The notes under the pieces are model-generated. The model did no database searches and was not told the DNA's origin. It saw only the letters and a program-made list of their open reading frames with translations. Both the position numbers and the translations under genes were made by a program. 62,638 bases of DNA from a virus. Taxonomy: Duplodnaviria > Caudoviricetes. The stretch is from positions 1 through 62,638 of IMG/VR virus record IMGVR_UViG_3300046792_000108. One strand, 5' to 3'. This document shows, in pieces, positions 26,473 through 34,679 of the stretch. The first letter of the stretch is position 1; the number at the start of each line of letters is the position of its first letter.

Positions 26473-26663
26473 ATATCTAACCCCTGTTCTCTCTTTGTTG
26501 CACAAGAGTTGCAATACCCATACCCAGGACGAAGCCGAACTGTTCTTCCACATCCCTGGCATTTTGTTGGACGAGATTCCTTTTGAACCTGGCGATAAAA
26601 CTCAACGTCTTCCTCAGATTCAATCTCGTATTGACCAAAGTTGTCGTCATAATAAGCTGGCAT
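26469..26663 (-). CDS. Small Zn-finger protein
   Basis: MPAYYDDNFG..CQGC..CNSC; TAAGGAG RBS. Confidence 0.7.
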   Translation of the reverse strand: MPAYYDDNFGQYEIESEEDVEFYRQVQKESRPTKCQGCGRTVRLRPGYGYCNSCATKREQGLDI

Positions 26664-26809
26664 TACTTTCTCCTTATCCAACCTGGATAACTTTCCCACA
26701 TCGGGCACATTCGAAGCCGTGAGTTTGAACTGCAGGCCTGTAATCATAAGGTACTGGGACCTGATCTTTTTCAGGACAGGTGCACCAGAAATCGTCTACG
26801 ATTTTCTTC

Positions 26810-27055
26810 TTACTCATCTTCCCACTCGAATTCTCGATCGTCAAGGATCTGTTGAAGAATCATGATCTGACCTAATGAATCCTCCCATGTCACGATGCTT
26901 TGAATATCGTTGTATGGGTCATCGGTTAGCAGATCAATAGCCCTTATCAAATCTTCTTCCGTAGGATTAACTATCTGTTGAAATTCGCAACTCAACTTAC
27001 CGAGTTGAATGTAAATCTCATCTACCTTAGCTTGTTGTTCAGGTGTTAATGGCAT
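26810..27055 (-). CDS. Small acidic protein (paralog of 26242..26472)
   Basis: MPLTPEQQAKVDEI; GAGGAGG RBS. Confidence 0.7.
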   Translation of the reverse strand: MPLTPEQQAKVDEIYIQLGKLSCEFQQIVNPTEEDLIRAIDLLTDDPYNDIQSIVTWEDSLGQIMILQQILDDREFEWEDE

Positions 27056-27063
27056 ATTCCTCC

Positions 27064-27417
27064 TCAATCCCACCACAGTTTCAGGTAATTGATTCTTCCG
27101 ACTTTCTCAATCGAGGCCTCATCGCAGTTCTGGGATAACTCCACAAGATCTTCTTTCGATAGAACTCGAATCGGAATCCAAACATGATCGAAAAGAATTT
27201 CCTTATCTTCAACCATATCCGGTCTTTCCGGATCAATGGATGGACCGAACAAACAGTGGTCTAGAGGAAATGGCGAGGAAAATGTCTCCTCAACCTCATC
27301 TGCGTTGTGGATTGCCATAATCCTATCGGGGAATTGAGATTTCCAAACTGCCAGTGGCTTTGCTTCCATCTCCCGAAAACCGTCGGTAGATGCCGCATTA
27401 ACTATTGGTCGTTTCAT
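27064..27417 (-). CDS. Hypothetical protein
   Basis: RBS AAGGAG; ends LWWD. Confidence 0.7.
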   Translation of the reverse strand: MKRPIVNAASTDGFREMEAKPLAVWKSQFPDRIMAIHNADEVEETFSSPFPLDHCLFGPSIDPERPDMVEDKEILFDHVWIPIRVLSKEDLVELSQNCDEASIEKVGRINYLKLWWD

Positions 27418-27492
27418 AAAACTCCTTTTTGTCAGAACTTGGGACTGACATGTTGCATTAACAGGACGAGCTGTGCTCGCCTGCCCCTCTGC

Positions 27493-27687
27493 GACTATGT
27501 CTCATGCGAGATTAACTCGCATCCTGTCACCCGGACAGGTTTTCGGTTATTGGCGTCTTTTCGTATTCTTCAACGATTTCTCTTACACCATCGCAGAATT
27601 CATCAACCGTACAGCCTCCGCGGTTGTAGTGAACTATCAAACTATCTATCTTTTCTTTCATGGTTTAACCTCCCATGAGACATAGTC
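27493..27687. repeat. Inverted-repeat cassette 1 (23-bp arms)
   Basis: 27493-27515 vs 27665-27687; outer 14 bp perfect. Confidence 0.9.
27527..27661 (-). CDS. 44-aa peptide inside cassette 1
   Basis: GGGAGG RBS; MKEKIDSLIVHYNRGGCTVDEFCDGVREIVEEYEKTPITENLSG. Confidence 0.7.
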   Translation of the reverse strand: MKEKIDSLIVHYNRGGCTVDEFCDGVREIVEEYEKTPITENLSG

Positions 27688-27689
27688 CC

Positions 27690-27893
27690 TTCTGTGCATC
27701 ATGCGAGATTAACTCGCACCTTCAACTATAACTTTAAGATCAGTTAGAGTTACAGTACCATCCTTACGAGTAATACGAGTCTTATTCGTAAGAAATTCAA
27801 CCTGTTGACATTCTGTATAGATTGCAACCGGAGTATCACACCCCACATTCCATAAAGAAATCTTCATAGTTTAACCTCCCATGATGCACAGAA
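27690..27893. repeat. Inverted-repeat cassette 2 (23-bp arms)
   Basis: 27690-27712 vs 27871-27893; outer 14 bp perfect. Confidence 0.9.
27709..27867 (-). CDS. 52-aa peptide inside cassette 2
   Basis: GGGAGG RBS; MKISLWNVGCDTPVAIYTECQQVEFLTNKTRITRKDGTVTLTDLKVIVEGAS. Confidence 0.7.
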   Translation of the reverse strand: MKISLWNVGCDTPVAIYTECQQVEFLTNKTRITRKDGTVTLTDLKVIVEGAS

Positions 27894-27894
27894 C

Positions 27895-28422
27895 TTATGC
27901 TACTACCTAGACCGTTGTACGATTCGTTTCTTCTACTCACATACGTGGCTTTACTGGTGGTTCGTATGTGCCTCAGGAACTATGTCGTCGAATCTAGGAT
28001 TCACGCCGTGTGGTGCCGATGGCATCCTGCCGCACGGACTTTTCAAGATTTGGGAACCTTGACCTGCCTCGAGAAATGAGATCCGTAACTGAGTCGTACC
28101 CAGTGCAGAGCAATCGTGCGTCAAGTTAATTAACCTGACCATCCGGTCTGTGTCACACTCACAGCATCATAGATGTAGAACTTGCGATACTTCCGCTTCT
28201 CAATTTCTTTGCGCGGTCCAGGACCATTGGCCTGTCGCATAGTTTGAGAATTGGAAGGAAAGATATTTCCTCCGACGTGCCTGCGCAGCGTCAGATACAA
28301 ATTCCTCTCGCCGTAGCTTGTCGCATCTCCCTCGGCCTCGAACCGTTTCAAGGTCCCGTTTAACCGTTTTGACTCCGAGGTGCGATGGTTATCAAAGATT
28401 CAGGATTACGAAATCCTGTTAT
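27895..28422 (-). ncRNA. Candidate long structured RNA or leader
   Basis: Directly downstream of a strong promoter, no convincing ORF, many nested hairpins. Confidence 0.55.
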
Positions 28423-28428
28423 GTCAAT

Positions 28429-28458
28429 ATCATAAAAGACCTGCATAGTGTTTGTCAA
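28429..28458 (-). promoter_or_regulatory. sigma70-type promoter
   Basis: TTGACA-18nt-TATGAT. Confidence 0.8.
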
Positions 28459-28475
28459 TGGAGAACTAAAACTTT

Positions 28476-28784
28476 TTACTCAGTAGGTTTGCAATTTGGA
28501 TCAAACTCTCCTTCTGCTATGTCTACTACATCCACGAACACATACTCCCCGAAGGGTTGAGCTTCTTCTCCAACCACCCTAAAACCTTTCCTCACCTCTC
28601 CCGTAGCTCCACAGAAGAAGCATGAGGTAAGTTGACAACTCCTTATATCATCCAGATCAACAATTAAAATCTTACATTCACTCTCCCTAGAAACCTCGTC
28701 CGACTCCTCACAACAGCCAAAACCTACGGGGAGATCTTTAAGCTTTTTCGTTTTTACCCAAGCTAATCTCATAAGATATACCAC
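28476..28784 (-). CDS. Hypothetical Cys-rich protein
   Basis: CC..CFFC; start probably 28772. Confidence 0.6.
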   Translation of the reverse strand: MVYLMRLAWVKTKKLKDLPVGFGCCEESDEVSRESECKILIVDLDDIRSCQLTSCFFCGATGEVRKGFRVVGEEAQPFGEYVFVDVVDIAEGEFDPNCKPTE

Positions 28785-29197
28785 ACTGCCTTTCTACCAT
28801 GCTCCCTGGCGTAGATCGCTGTCCAGCAACCTCCGGATTTCACATGTGTTGTGGAGTTACAATGGTAGCACTGATCAAATCTTCTACCTTTGAAATCCGG
28901 CGGATACTGAGCAAGTACGATGTTGTGAATCTCATCTGACTTCAGTGCAATGCGAATGTTGCGAGGCTTGAATCCCGTGTTCCAGTCAAGGTGCCGTGGT
29001 GGAAATGGGTAGTACGGCTTGTCAAGTTCTAGGCATACAATCTTTGCCCAAATATCAATTCCTCCCAGATGACACTCACCAGATGCGACTCCAGTGCATC
29101 GAGGGTCTGAGATCAACCGAATGAGCAAAGTCTTTGCATCACTCTCGGTCTCAGGTGTGAACTTAGCTTCTTCAGCTCCGACGATACCGTAGATCAC
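28769..29197 (-). CDS. SLOG-superfamily-like protein
   Basis: YGIVG..VASGECHLGGIDIWA..RNIRIA..SGG..TA..A. Confidence 0.65.
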   Translation of the reverse strand: MIYGIVGAEEAKFTPETESDAKTLLIRLISDPRCTGVASGECHLGGIDIWAKIVCLELDKPYYPFPPRHLDWNTGFKPRNIRIALKSDEIHNIVLAQYPPDFKGRRFDQCYHCNSTTHVKSGGCWTAIYAREHGRKAVWYIL

Positions 29198-29360
29198 TTG
29201 ATCCTCACCACGAGTGCAGAGTTTAATCCTTTATCCTCCAAAAACATTTCAATCAAGGCGGTGTAACACTCTTCAGGTTTAGAATTTTTCCGAAGTTCAT
29301 CACTAACCAGTTTGTCCAATTCTTCTTTCTTGATCCTGATTGTAAACTCGAGAGTTTCCA

Positions 29361-29768
29361 TCATCCGAATATCTTCCTTTTCCTTGCGTACATGTCTCTG
29401 AGGCGGAACAGCTCATCTGGTGTGATTCTCTCCAGATCTAACTCATCCAACCATTCCTGGACCTTATCCTTAAACTTGCATTCGTATCGTGCGAACTGTT
29501 GGAGGATAAATTCTGCTTCCTGATTACGCTTAGGTTGGAATTTATGGCCTGTGCTGCGTCTCACGCTGCTATCTACACCGTACTGGTGGATAAACTTCTG
29601 TGGCTCGTCAGGTTTAAGATGAGACGGTTTACGTGGTTCAGGACCTTTCAGGATGGTCCGTATGCGCTGGCGAGATGCCGGGTTACGAGGCAATCCAATC
29701 GCTAGCGCAATCTTACCTGTCGTGAGGCCCTGCTTGTGCAACTCGAAGATGTGTTCAAGAGGGAGCAT
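29361..29768 (-). CDS. HTH-containing protein
   Basis: GLTTGKIALAIGL..SRQRIR. Confidence 0.65.
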   Translation of the reverse strand: MLPLEHIFELHKQGLTTGKIALAIGLPRNPASRQRIRTILKGPEPRKPSHLKPDEPQKFIHQYGVDSSVRRSTGHKFQPKRNQEAEFILQQFARYECKFKDKVQEWLDELDLERITPDELFRLRDMYARKRKIFG

Positions 29769-29981
29769 CTATATCTCCCCTTCGTGTTTGTAGTCTTCAC
29801 ACTCACAAGCTACGATCTCAACTACTCCTTCGCGAGGCAATGAGATCACTAGGCTAGTCCTGAATCTTCTGCTCTGGTCAAGATTCATACCGTACTTACT
29901 GACCGCGTAATCCTCGGCTTCTTCTCTATCAGTAAATACCCCTTCGAGATTCTTCCTGTTGTGAATTAAGATCCAATGCAT
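29769..29981 (-). CDS. Hypothetical protein
   Basis: GAGGT RBS. Confidence 0.65.
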   Translation of the reverse strand: MHWILIHNRKNLEGVFTDREEAEDYAVSKYGMNLDQSRRFRTSLVISLPREGVVEIVACECEDYKHEGEI

Positions 29982-29998
29982 GTTTTACCTCGCACATC

Positions 29999-30289
29999 TT
30001 ACCCGAAGTAAGCTATGATGATGTTGTCCATAGCATCTTGTAGTTTCTTATAAGTTCCTACCCAGCAAAATCCCATTGTCGCTCTCCAGTTCTGATCATC
30101 GAACCACAAAACTCCGAGAGGAGTGATTTTCTTATCCTTGGGATCTGTATGTATTACAACCCCGAAGGTGTTGTCCTCTGAACTTTCGGTGATAAGTGAA
30201 ACATCTTTCCTCTGTTTAGCTGTGAGAGGGTGTTCCTTCATTGAAGTTTTAAATGACCTCAAAAACTCAGGTTTCATATTACCTCGCAT
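29999..30289 (-). CDS. Hypothetical protein
   Basis: Downstream of promoter; start 30289 or 30277. Confidence 0.65.
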   Translation of the reverse strand: MRGNMKPEFLRSFKTSMKEHPLTAKQRKDVSLITESSEDNTFGVVIHTDPKDKKITPLGVLWFDDQNWRATMGFCWVGTYKKLQDAMDNIIIAYFG

Positions 30290-30294
30290 AATAC

Positions 30295-30324
30295 ATGATA
30301 CAAGATCTCACTCGTGTTTGTCAA
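30295..30324 (-). promoter_or_regulatory. sigma70-type promoter
   Basis: TTGACA-18nt-TATCAT. Confidence 0.75.
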
Positions 30325-30641
30325 TGGCGACGGTCTTTATCTTACGCTTCAACTCCTTCGGTAATTGATCTTCGTCAATTACCCAACCCCTAGGACAAAC
30401 TACTTCTCCGACCGTGTTCATCCTGAGATGTTCTTTTTCGGATTCTGTAAACTGAGACCTAATCTTCTCCCATACTGATTCTCGTATTATCATGTCCTCC
30501 TCGCAAATCTCCCGCCAGGTCGATGCGGGTACTTGCTCTTCTCGCTGGGCCCGCACAGGTTCAGTACAGCTAACACCCTGACCTGTCTTCGGTCTATCCC
30601 CACAAGTTTCCAACATGTCCCGCAAAGAATTAGTTTAGTCT

Positions 30642-30881
30642 TCAATGTATAAACATCCTTCTTATCCTGGCCCTCAAAGTTACAGGTTTAAAGAACTCGA
30701 GGGAAAGATCTGCTGACTTAGCCATTGCTGCGAACCTATCGAGTCTTGTTGTATCAATGGGTGTATACCACTCAAACCCGGAGGACTTACCCATAGCTCC
30801 TTCCCTGTACTGTCGGGCAAGTTCTGTGTGGTCTTCGTGGTACAGGTAGTGGAGAAACTTCCTTAATTCTTTCAGTATCAT
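30642..30881 (-). CDS. Hypothetical protein
   Basis: ATGA coupling. Confidence 0.6.
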   Translation of the reverse strand: MILKELRKFLHYLYHEDHTELARQYREGAMGKSSGFEWYTPIDTTRLDRFAAMAKSADLSLEFFKPVTLRARIRRMFIH

Positions 30882-31075
30882 TCTTCTACCTCATGGCACG
30901 CACAGTTGCAGGAGCTGATGGCTAAGCACGCTAGGCCATGCTTGCCTTTGCGACAAGCTGCTGATATCCGCTTCTCCCTCTCACGTTTGACATATCTTTT
31001 CTTCTTACCCAACATCTCATTATATGTAGATGTGGGAGCATCTGTGATAGTTAATCCTCTTGAGCTTAGTCTCAC
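30878..31075 (-). CDS. Hypothetical basic Cys-rich protein
   Basis: C..H..C..CNCACH. Confidence 0.6.
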   Translation of the reverse strand: MRLSSRGLTITDAPTSTYNEMLGKKKRYVKREREKRISAACRKGKHGLACLAISSCNCACHEVEE

Positions 31076-31401
31076 GATTCCTCCTCATCTAATACTTGTA
31101 CGACGTGCAGCATGTTGAGCCGTACAGCTGCCTCACGCATTGGCCCGGCGTATACTTCTGACTCTGCCCCCAGTCGTAAGAGCGTGAGGCGGTCTGGTAC
31201 TTTTACTCCTGGTGTATGCAGGTTAAGTGAGCGCAGAAACGACTCCGCCCGCGGCACACGCCTTTCCTTGTCCTCTCTTATCTTCTCATTTACATCTTTC
31301 CATGAGGTCATCTCGTCGTCTTCTACTGGTTCAATTCGAAGTGCTCCGTTGGAAAGATGCTTGACTAAGGCATAGTATTTCTTAACCACCCTGATCTTCA
31401 T
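31072..31401 (-). CDS. Hypothetical protein
   Basis: Coupled overlaps. Confidence 0.6.
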   Translation of the reverse strand: MKIRVVKKYYALVKHLSNGALRIEPVEDDEMTSWKDVNEKIREDKERRVPRAESFLRSLNLHTPGVKVPDRLTLLRLGAESEVYAGPMREAAVRLNMLHVVQVLDEEES

Positions 31402-31592
31402 AAGAGACCCTGTCTTTCAATTGGAAGGTCAGGTTTAGATGACGTGTCCCATCTGGTTACGAGAACCCACTCTTGCTCCACACCCCCCCGAATCGGAGCT
31501 ACCAAAATCGAATCTGGGTTAACGAACTTTACTATAGCTTTCTTTCCGTTAACCCAAACAGTTTCACCAATCATAACTGGCTTCATTTCCAT
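31398..31592 (-). CDS. Small beta-rich protein
   Basis: AAGGAG RBS. Confidence 0.6.
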   Translation of the reverse strand: MEMKPVMIGETVWVNGKKAIVKFVNPDSILVAPIRGGVEQEWVLVTRWDTSSKPDLPIERQGLL

Positions 31593-32341
31593 CTCCTTGA
31601 GGGGTCAAGTGATTTATCCATGTGCTTAATTTGTGTGTTCTTAACCCCATCGTCACACCACATACCTCTTTCATTTAGCCTATACCCAAATTTCAAAGCC
31701 TGGAGTATTGCCACCCTGTGGTAATAATTTCCACCCGACTGACCAGAGGTAATAATCTCTTTCTCAGATACTTCTCTCCGACTTGAGAATAAGCTATCTA
31801 TAAAGGAAATCAATTCCTCAAATTCCCTAGCTACTCCCTCATCTCTACTGCTATTGTGTTGAAGCAGGTAATACTTCGCCCCCTCATAGTCAACTTTGTC
31901 AAGCTCAAGATTTTTAACAGCTCGGGAGAAAGCATAAAAGGGAAACCCTCTACCAGTCCCATTCTTAATACGCCAGGCCTTGAGTTCTTCCTTTGCTGTT
32001 GAACATTTCGCAGCCAGGCCCTGTTGACACAAAAATTCTTTGAGAACAACTGTGAGACGCTCCCCCATCCGATCCTTACGGTTCTCCCACTTTACACCTT
32101 GTGATGTGATGCTGCCCTTGATAGCGTGATTTAGAGCAATTGTTGGTGCCAGCCATGCAGGTTTGCCGGCAATACGTTCTGTGGCAATGCCTAAAGCTCT
32201 ACGGGCTCTGGCAAGGGTTACTGGAGAGTATTTTAGGTCTATGTCTTTCACGTAAACTACTCGCTTCTCAAAATCTGTCCGACTATTAGAAGTTGGACTG
32301 AATAGTTCATATACTTCAACCAATATACCATTTTTAACCAT
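31583..32341 (-). CDS. Putative DNA-binding protein with winged-helix-like segments
   Basis: SPVTLARARRALGI..W resembles helicase C-terminus. Confidence 0.6.
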   Translation of the reverse strand: MVKNGILVEVYELFSPTSNSRTDFEKRVVYVKDIDLKYSPVTLARARRALGIATERIAGKPAWLAPTIALNHAIKGSITSQGVKWENRKDRMGERLTVVLKEFLCQQGLAAKCSTAKEELKAWRIKNGTGRGFPFYAFSRAVKNLELDKVDYEGAKYYLLQHNSSRDEGVAREFEELISFIDSLFSSRREVSEKEIITSGQSGGNYYHRVAILQALKFGYRLNERGMWCDDGVKNTQIKHMDKSLDPSRRWK

Positions 32342-32392
32342 TCTTATGATCTCCTTTTCCCATATAATTTGTGCTTATATAAGAGAAATACG

Positions 32393-32422
32393 ATATTAAC
32401 ATACGGTATATAAGAAAGTCAA
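32393..32422 (-). promoter_or_regulatory. sigma70-type promoter
   Basis: TTGACT-18nt-TAATAT. Confidence 0.65.
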
Positions 32423-32453
32423 TGAATATGCATATTATAAGATTAAAAGAAAG

Positions 32454-32489
32454 TCATCATACACTTCATCATACACTTCATTAAACATC
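32454..32489. repeat. 12-bp tandem repeat in AT-rich intergenic region
   Basis: TCATCATACACT x2 plus degenerate TCATTAAACATC. Confidence 0.7.
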
Positions 32490-32846
32490 TCCATTAACTA
32501 CTCTGTAGATTATAATCACGCAAGTTTGTTGGTCTTCTCTACTCCAATAAGTGGATAAGTGATTAGTTTTTACCTAGTCAATACAATTCCTTTGTTGATG
32601 AGTGATAGCTGGAGTTGGTTTTGGAGATGTCCAATGGAGCGTCTGATGAAGCGTATAATGACTTTGCTTTTATCTTATTAACCAGTATTTATGCATGTTG
32701 TAGGATAGCATGTACTCAATCGGTAAATACTCATATATCGCGCGTGCGCGAGAAGATGTTGTTTATACGTAGAGAGGGATTAAGGAAGGTGTTTATACAT
32801 GTAGAGGTCGAAAGATCATGTTGGTTTTAGGTAAGAATAAGAACCA

Positions 32847-32876
32847 TTGACTTCTGATCTTCCTTACACGTAAGAT
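32847..32876 (+). promoter_or_regulatory. sigma70-type promoter
   Basis: TTGACT-18nt-TAAGAT. Confidence 0.65.
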
Positions 32877-32957
32877 TTACTTGTAAGGTTCGGATTAACT
32901 GTCTGCTTGTTTCTGTCTGTAACTCGGTCCGGATTGTGTTGTGAAAGAGTTTCAAAT

Positions 32958-33197
32958 ATGGTGGCCCGTTCCAAAACACCAACGGAGCTCGAAACTAATC
33001 TGATGAGCGCTCGAATCAACGAACTTATCCGCTGGATCTCCAATCCTTTAGTGCCCGGATCTAACGATCTGTGGCTTGAGGACTTGTGGAAAGAGATCTC
33101 AACGCGTCAGCTGAGACAGAAACTTCTCTATAATTATACCACGGGATTAGGTTATTTCAAGACCAGGACTAAGTTTCTTGGTAAGGAGCCGAAGTAG
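32958..33197 (+). CDS. Hypothetical protein
   Basis: Downstream of promoter; abuts next ORF; start uncertain. Confidence 0.5.
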   Translation: MVARSKTPTELETNLMSARINELIRWISNPLVPGSNDLWLEDLWKEISTRQLRQKLLYNYTTGLGYFKTRTKFLGKEPK

Positions 33198-33523
33198 TGG
33201 CCAGGTGGGTTGTGAGATCGGTCGATGGGAGCACGCGGTACGTGCCGAAGACCGTTGCGTTGTTAGCTCTGCGCAAAAATTTGGCAGTACGGCCCGATTT
33301 GAATAAACGAGAAATCTTTGAGAAAGAGCTAAGAGGTGTATCCAGCTCAGACCCGACGCGGCTTGATCTTCCTCGGTTGGCCGTTGATCCCCGAGAAGGG
33401 GTTAAGAGACCCTGGCAGGCCAGTCACGGGTTGTTGGTGCGGTATCCGATCAAGGATCAGAGGGGTAAGATTGGTAAGACACCGAAGGTTGGGCACATGT
33501 ATGCGGAGAGTGATCCTTCATGA
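33197..33523 (+). CDS. Hypothetical basic protein
   Basis: TAAGGAG RBS, GTG start. Confidence 0.65.
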   Translation: MARWVVRSVDGSTRYVPKTVALLALRKNLAVRPDLNKREIFEKELRGVSSSDPTRLDLPRLAVDPREGVKRPWQASHGLLVRYPIKDQRGKIGKTPKVGHMYAESDPS

Positions 33524-33549
33524 GTGAAGTCTCGACCCTCCGCAGTTGG

Positions 33550-33762
33550 TTAGAGTCTTGTTTTCATCCAGTTTCCCGTCGGGGTCTTGGTCAGTTCAAA
33601 TCTGAGTTTCGCCGCTGTGTGGATTCTAACATCTCTCTTGCTTCTGAGGTTAAGAGCATACCAGCCTCCGTACTGAGAGACAGAGGTCAGCATTACAGGA
33701 GCCAACCTACCACTTATCTTAACGGCGTACACCTTCCCCACTGCAATCTCATTCTTCTTCAT
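33550..33762 (-). CDS. Small basic phage protein
   Basis: MKKNEIAVGKVY..GGW.A.NL..R; AAAGGA RBS. Confidence 0.75.
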   Translation of the reverse strand: MKKNEIAVGKVYAVKISGRLAPVMLTSVSQYGGWYALNLRSKRDVRIHTAAKLRFELTKTPTGNWMKTRL

Positions 33763-33877
33763 CTTGGTCCTTTCGTGAAAGTCCCCCAGACCGCATCACA
33801 TACTCGGTGTAAGAGTTCCGCGTATGGTGAATATGCGATCGCACCGCTTGGCAGTTTGCGTTTGAGCATGGTGCATT

Positions 33878-34036
33878 TCATGAGGATCTCCTTAAATCGT
33901 TTAGGAGAGTTTTGATCTCGGATATGGTTAAATCAATCTCCTCCTCTGTCATTACTACTCCGTCATCCAGATCACCGTCGATATTGAGTTCAACTGTCTT
34001 GTGTTTGGTTTTGGTTATCGTGACGTTCAAGATCAT
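33878..34036 (-). CDS. 52-aa protein (below ORF-track cutoff)
   Basis: GAGGAG RBS; MILNVTITKTKHKTVELNIDG... Confidence 0.6.
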   Translation of the reverse strand: MILNVTITKTKHKTVELNIDGDLDDGVVMTEEEIDLTISEIKTLLNDLRRSS

Positions 34037-34087
34037 GAGTTACTCCTCGAAAAAGGTTGGGGGAGTTTGATGTCCTCCCCCGTATTG

Positions 34088-34336
34088 TTACGCGGTGGCT
34101 TGTTCGGTTGGTGTCTCGACCGGGGGCGTGGTCTTCGTTTTCTTGACCTTTTTCGGGGCGGGTTTTGCGGGAGCGAGGTGTTTCGCGACCTGTTCGATGT
34201 CCCGCTTGCCGAGTTGGTAACGGGTGTATTTTCCATCAGCGTAGCGTTCGAAGGATCTCAAAATGCGGCGTAATTGTTTGCCGGTGATATTGAATTTCGC
34301 AGCGACGTCTTTCGTGGTCAAAGATTCGGATTTCAT
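34088..34336 (-). CDS. Small HTH DNA-binding protein
   Basis: TTKDVAAKFNITGKQLRRILR; followed by hairpin plus T run at ~34050-34082. Confidence 0.8.
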   Translation of the reverse strand: MKSESLTTKDVAAKFNITGKQLRRILRSFERYADGKYTRYQLGKRDIEQVAKHLAPAKPAPKKVKKTKTTPPVETPTEQATA

Positions 34337-34407
34337 ATGTCATCTCCTGTTATGTCAATTTCCGCTTGGGGCGGGTAACGTGATTTCATGTATCAGGTTA
34401 CATATAC

Positions 34408-34435
34408 ATCCTATCATAACAGGATTATTTGTCAA
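34408..34435 (-). promoter_or_regulatory. sigma70-type promoter with A-rich upstream element
   Basis: TTGACA-16nt-TAGGAT. Confidence 0.65.
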
Positions 34436-34475
34436 TGGCGAACAAAAGAATATTTTTTTCTGTACTTTTGCTTTT

Positions 34476-34570
34476 CTTTCGTGCCATCCGAATACACCAC
34501 GAAAGCTTTCAGGTTTTATTCGGGGGTGGGTGAATACAACACGAAAGGTGAATATAACACGAAAGGTGAA
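34476..34570. repeat. 18-bp direct repeats at early/late boundary
   Basis: GAATAYAMCACGAAAG core at 34490, 34532, 34550; inverted partial copy 34476-34483. Confidence 0.85.
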
Positions 34571-34679
34571 GCTCGAGCGCCGTGACTGAGTAGCAAAAAC
34601 TGTCAAGAATAATGAAAGTTAGAGATCTAACCAACGTGATTTTCGTAGACGAGGAAACCATCCTCACAAGTGAGTCTGT

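Noticed and set aside
27493-27893. Classical type I toxin-antitoxin loci or MITEs
   Set aside because: The peptides are not hydrophobic and no antisense promoter is clear. The outer arm ends differ between copies, with no target duplication or transposase.
27915-27990. Hammerhead ribozyme
   Set aside because: CTGAGGC does not fit the CUGANGA core.
27951-28351. ORFs 27951..28142 and 28130..28351 as genes
   Set aside because: No convincing RBS or protein features; the region is better explained as structured RNA.
34476-34570. Mini CRISPR array
   Set aside because: Repeats are 18 bp and directly tandem, with no regular spacers and no cas operon.
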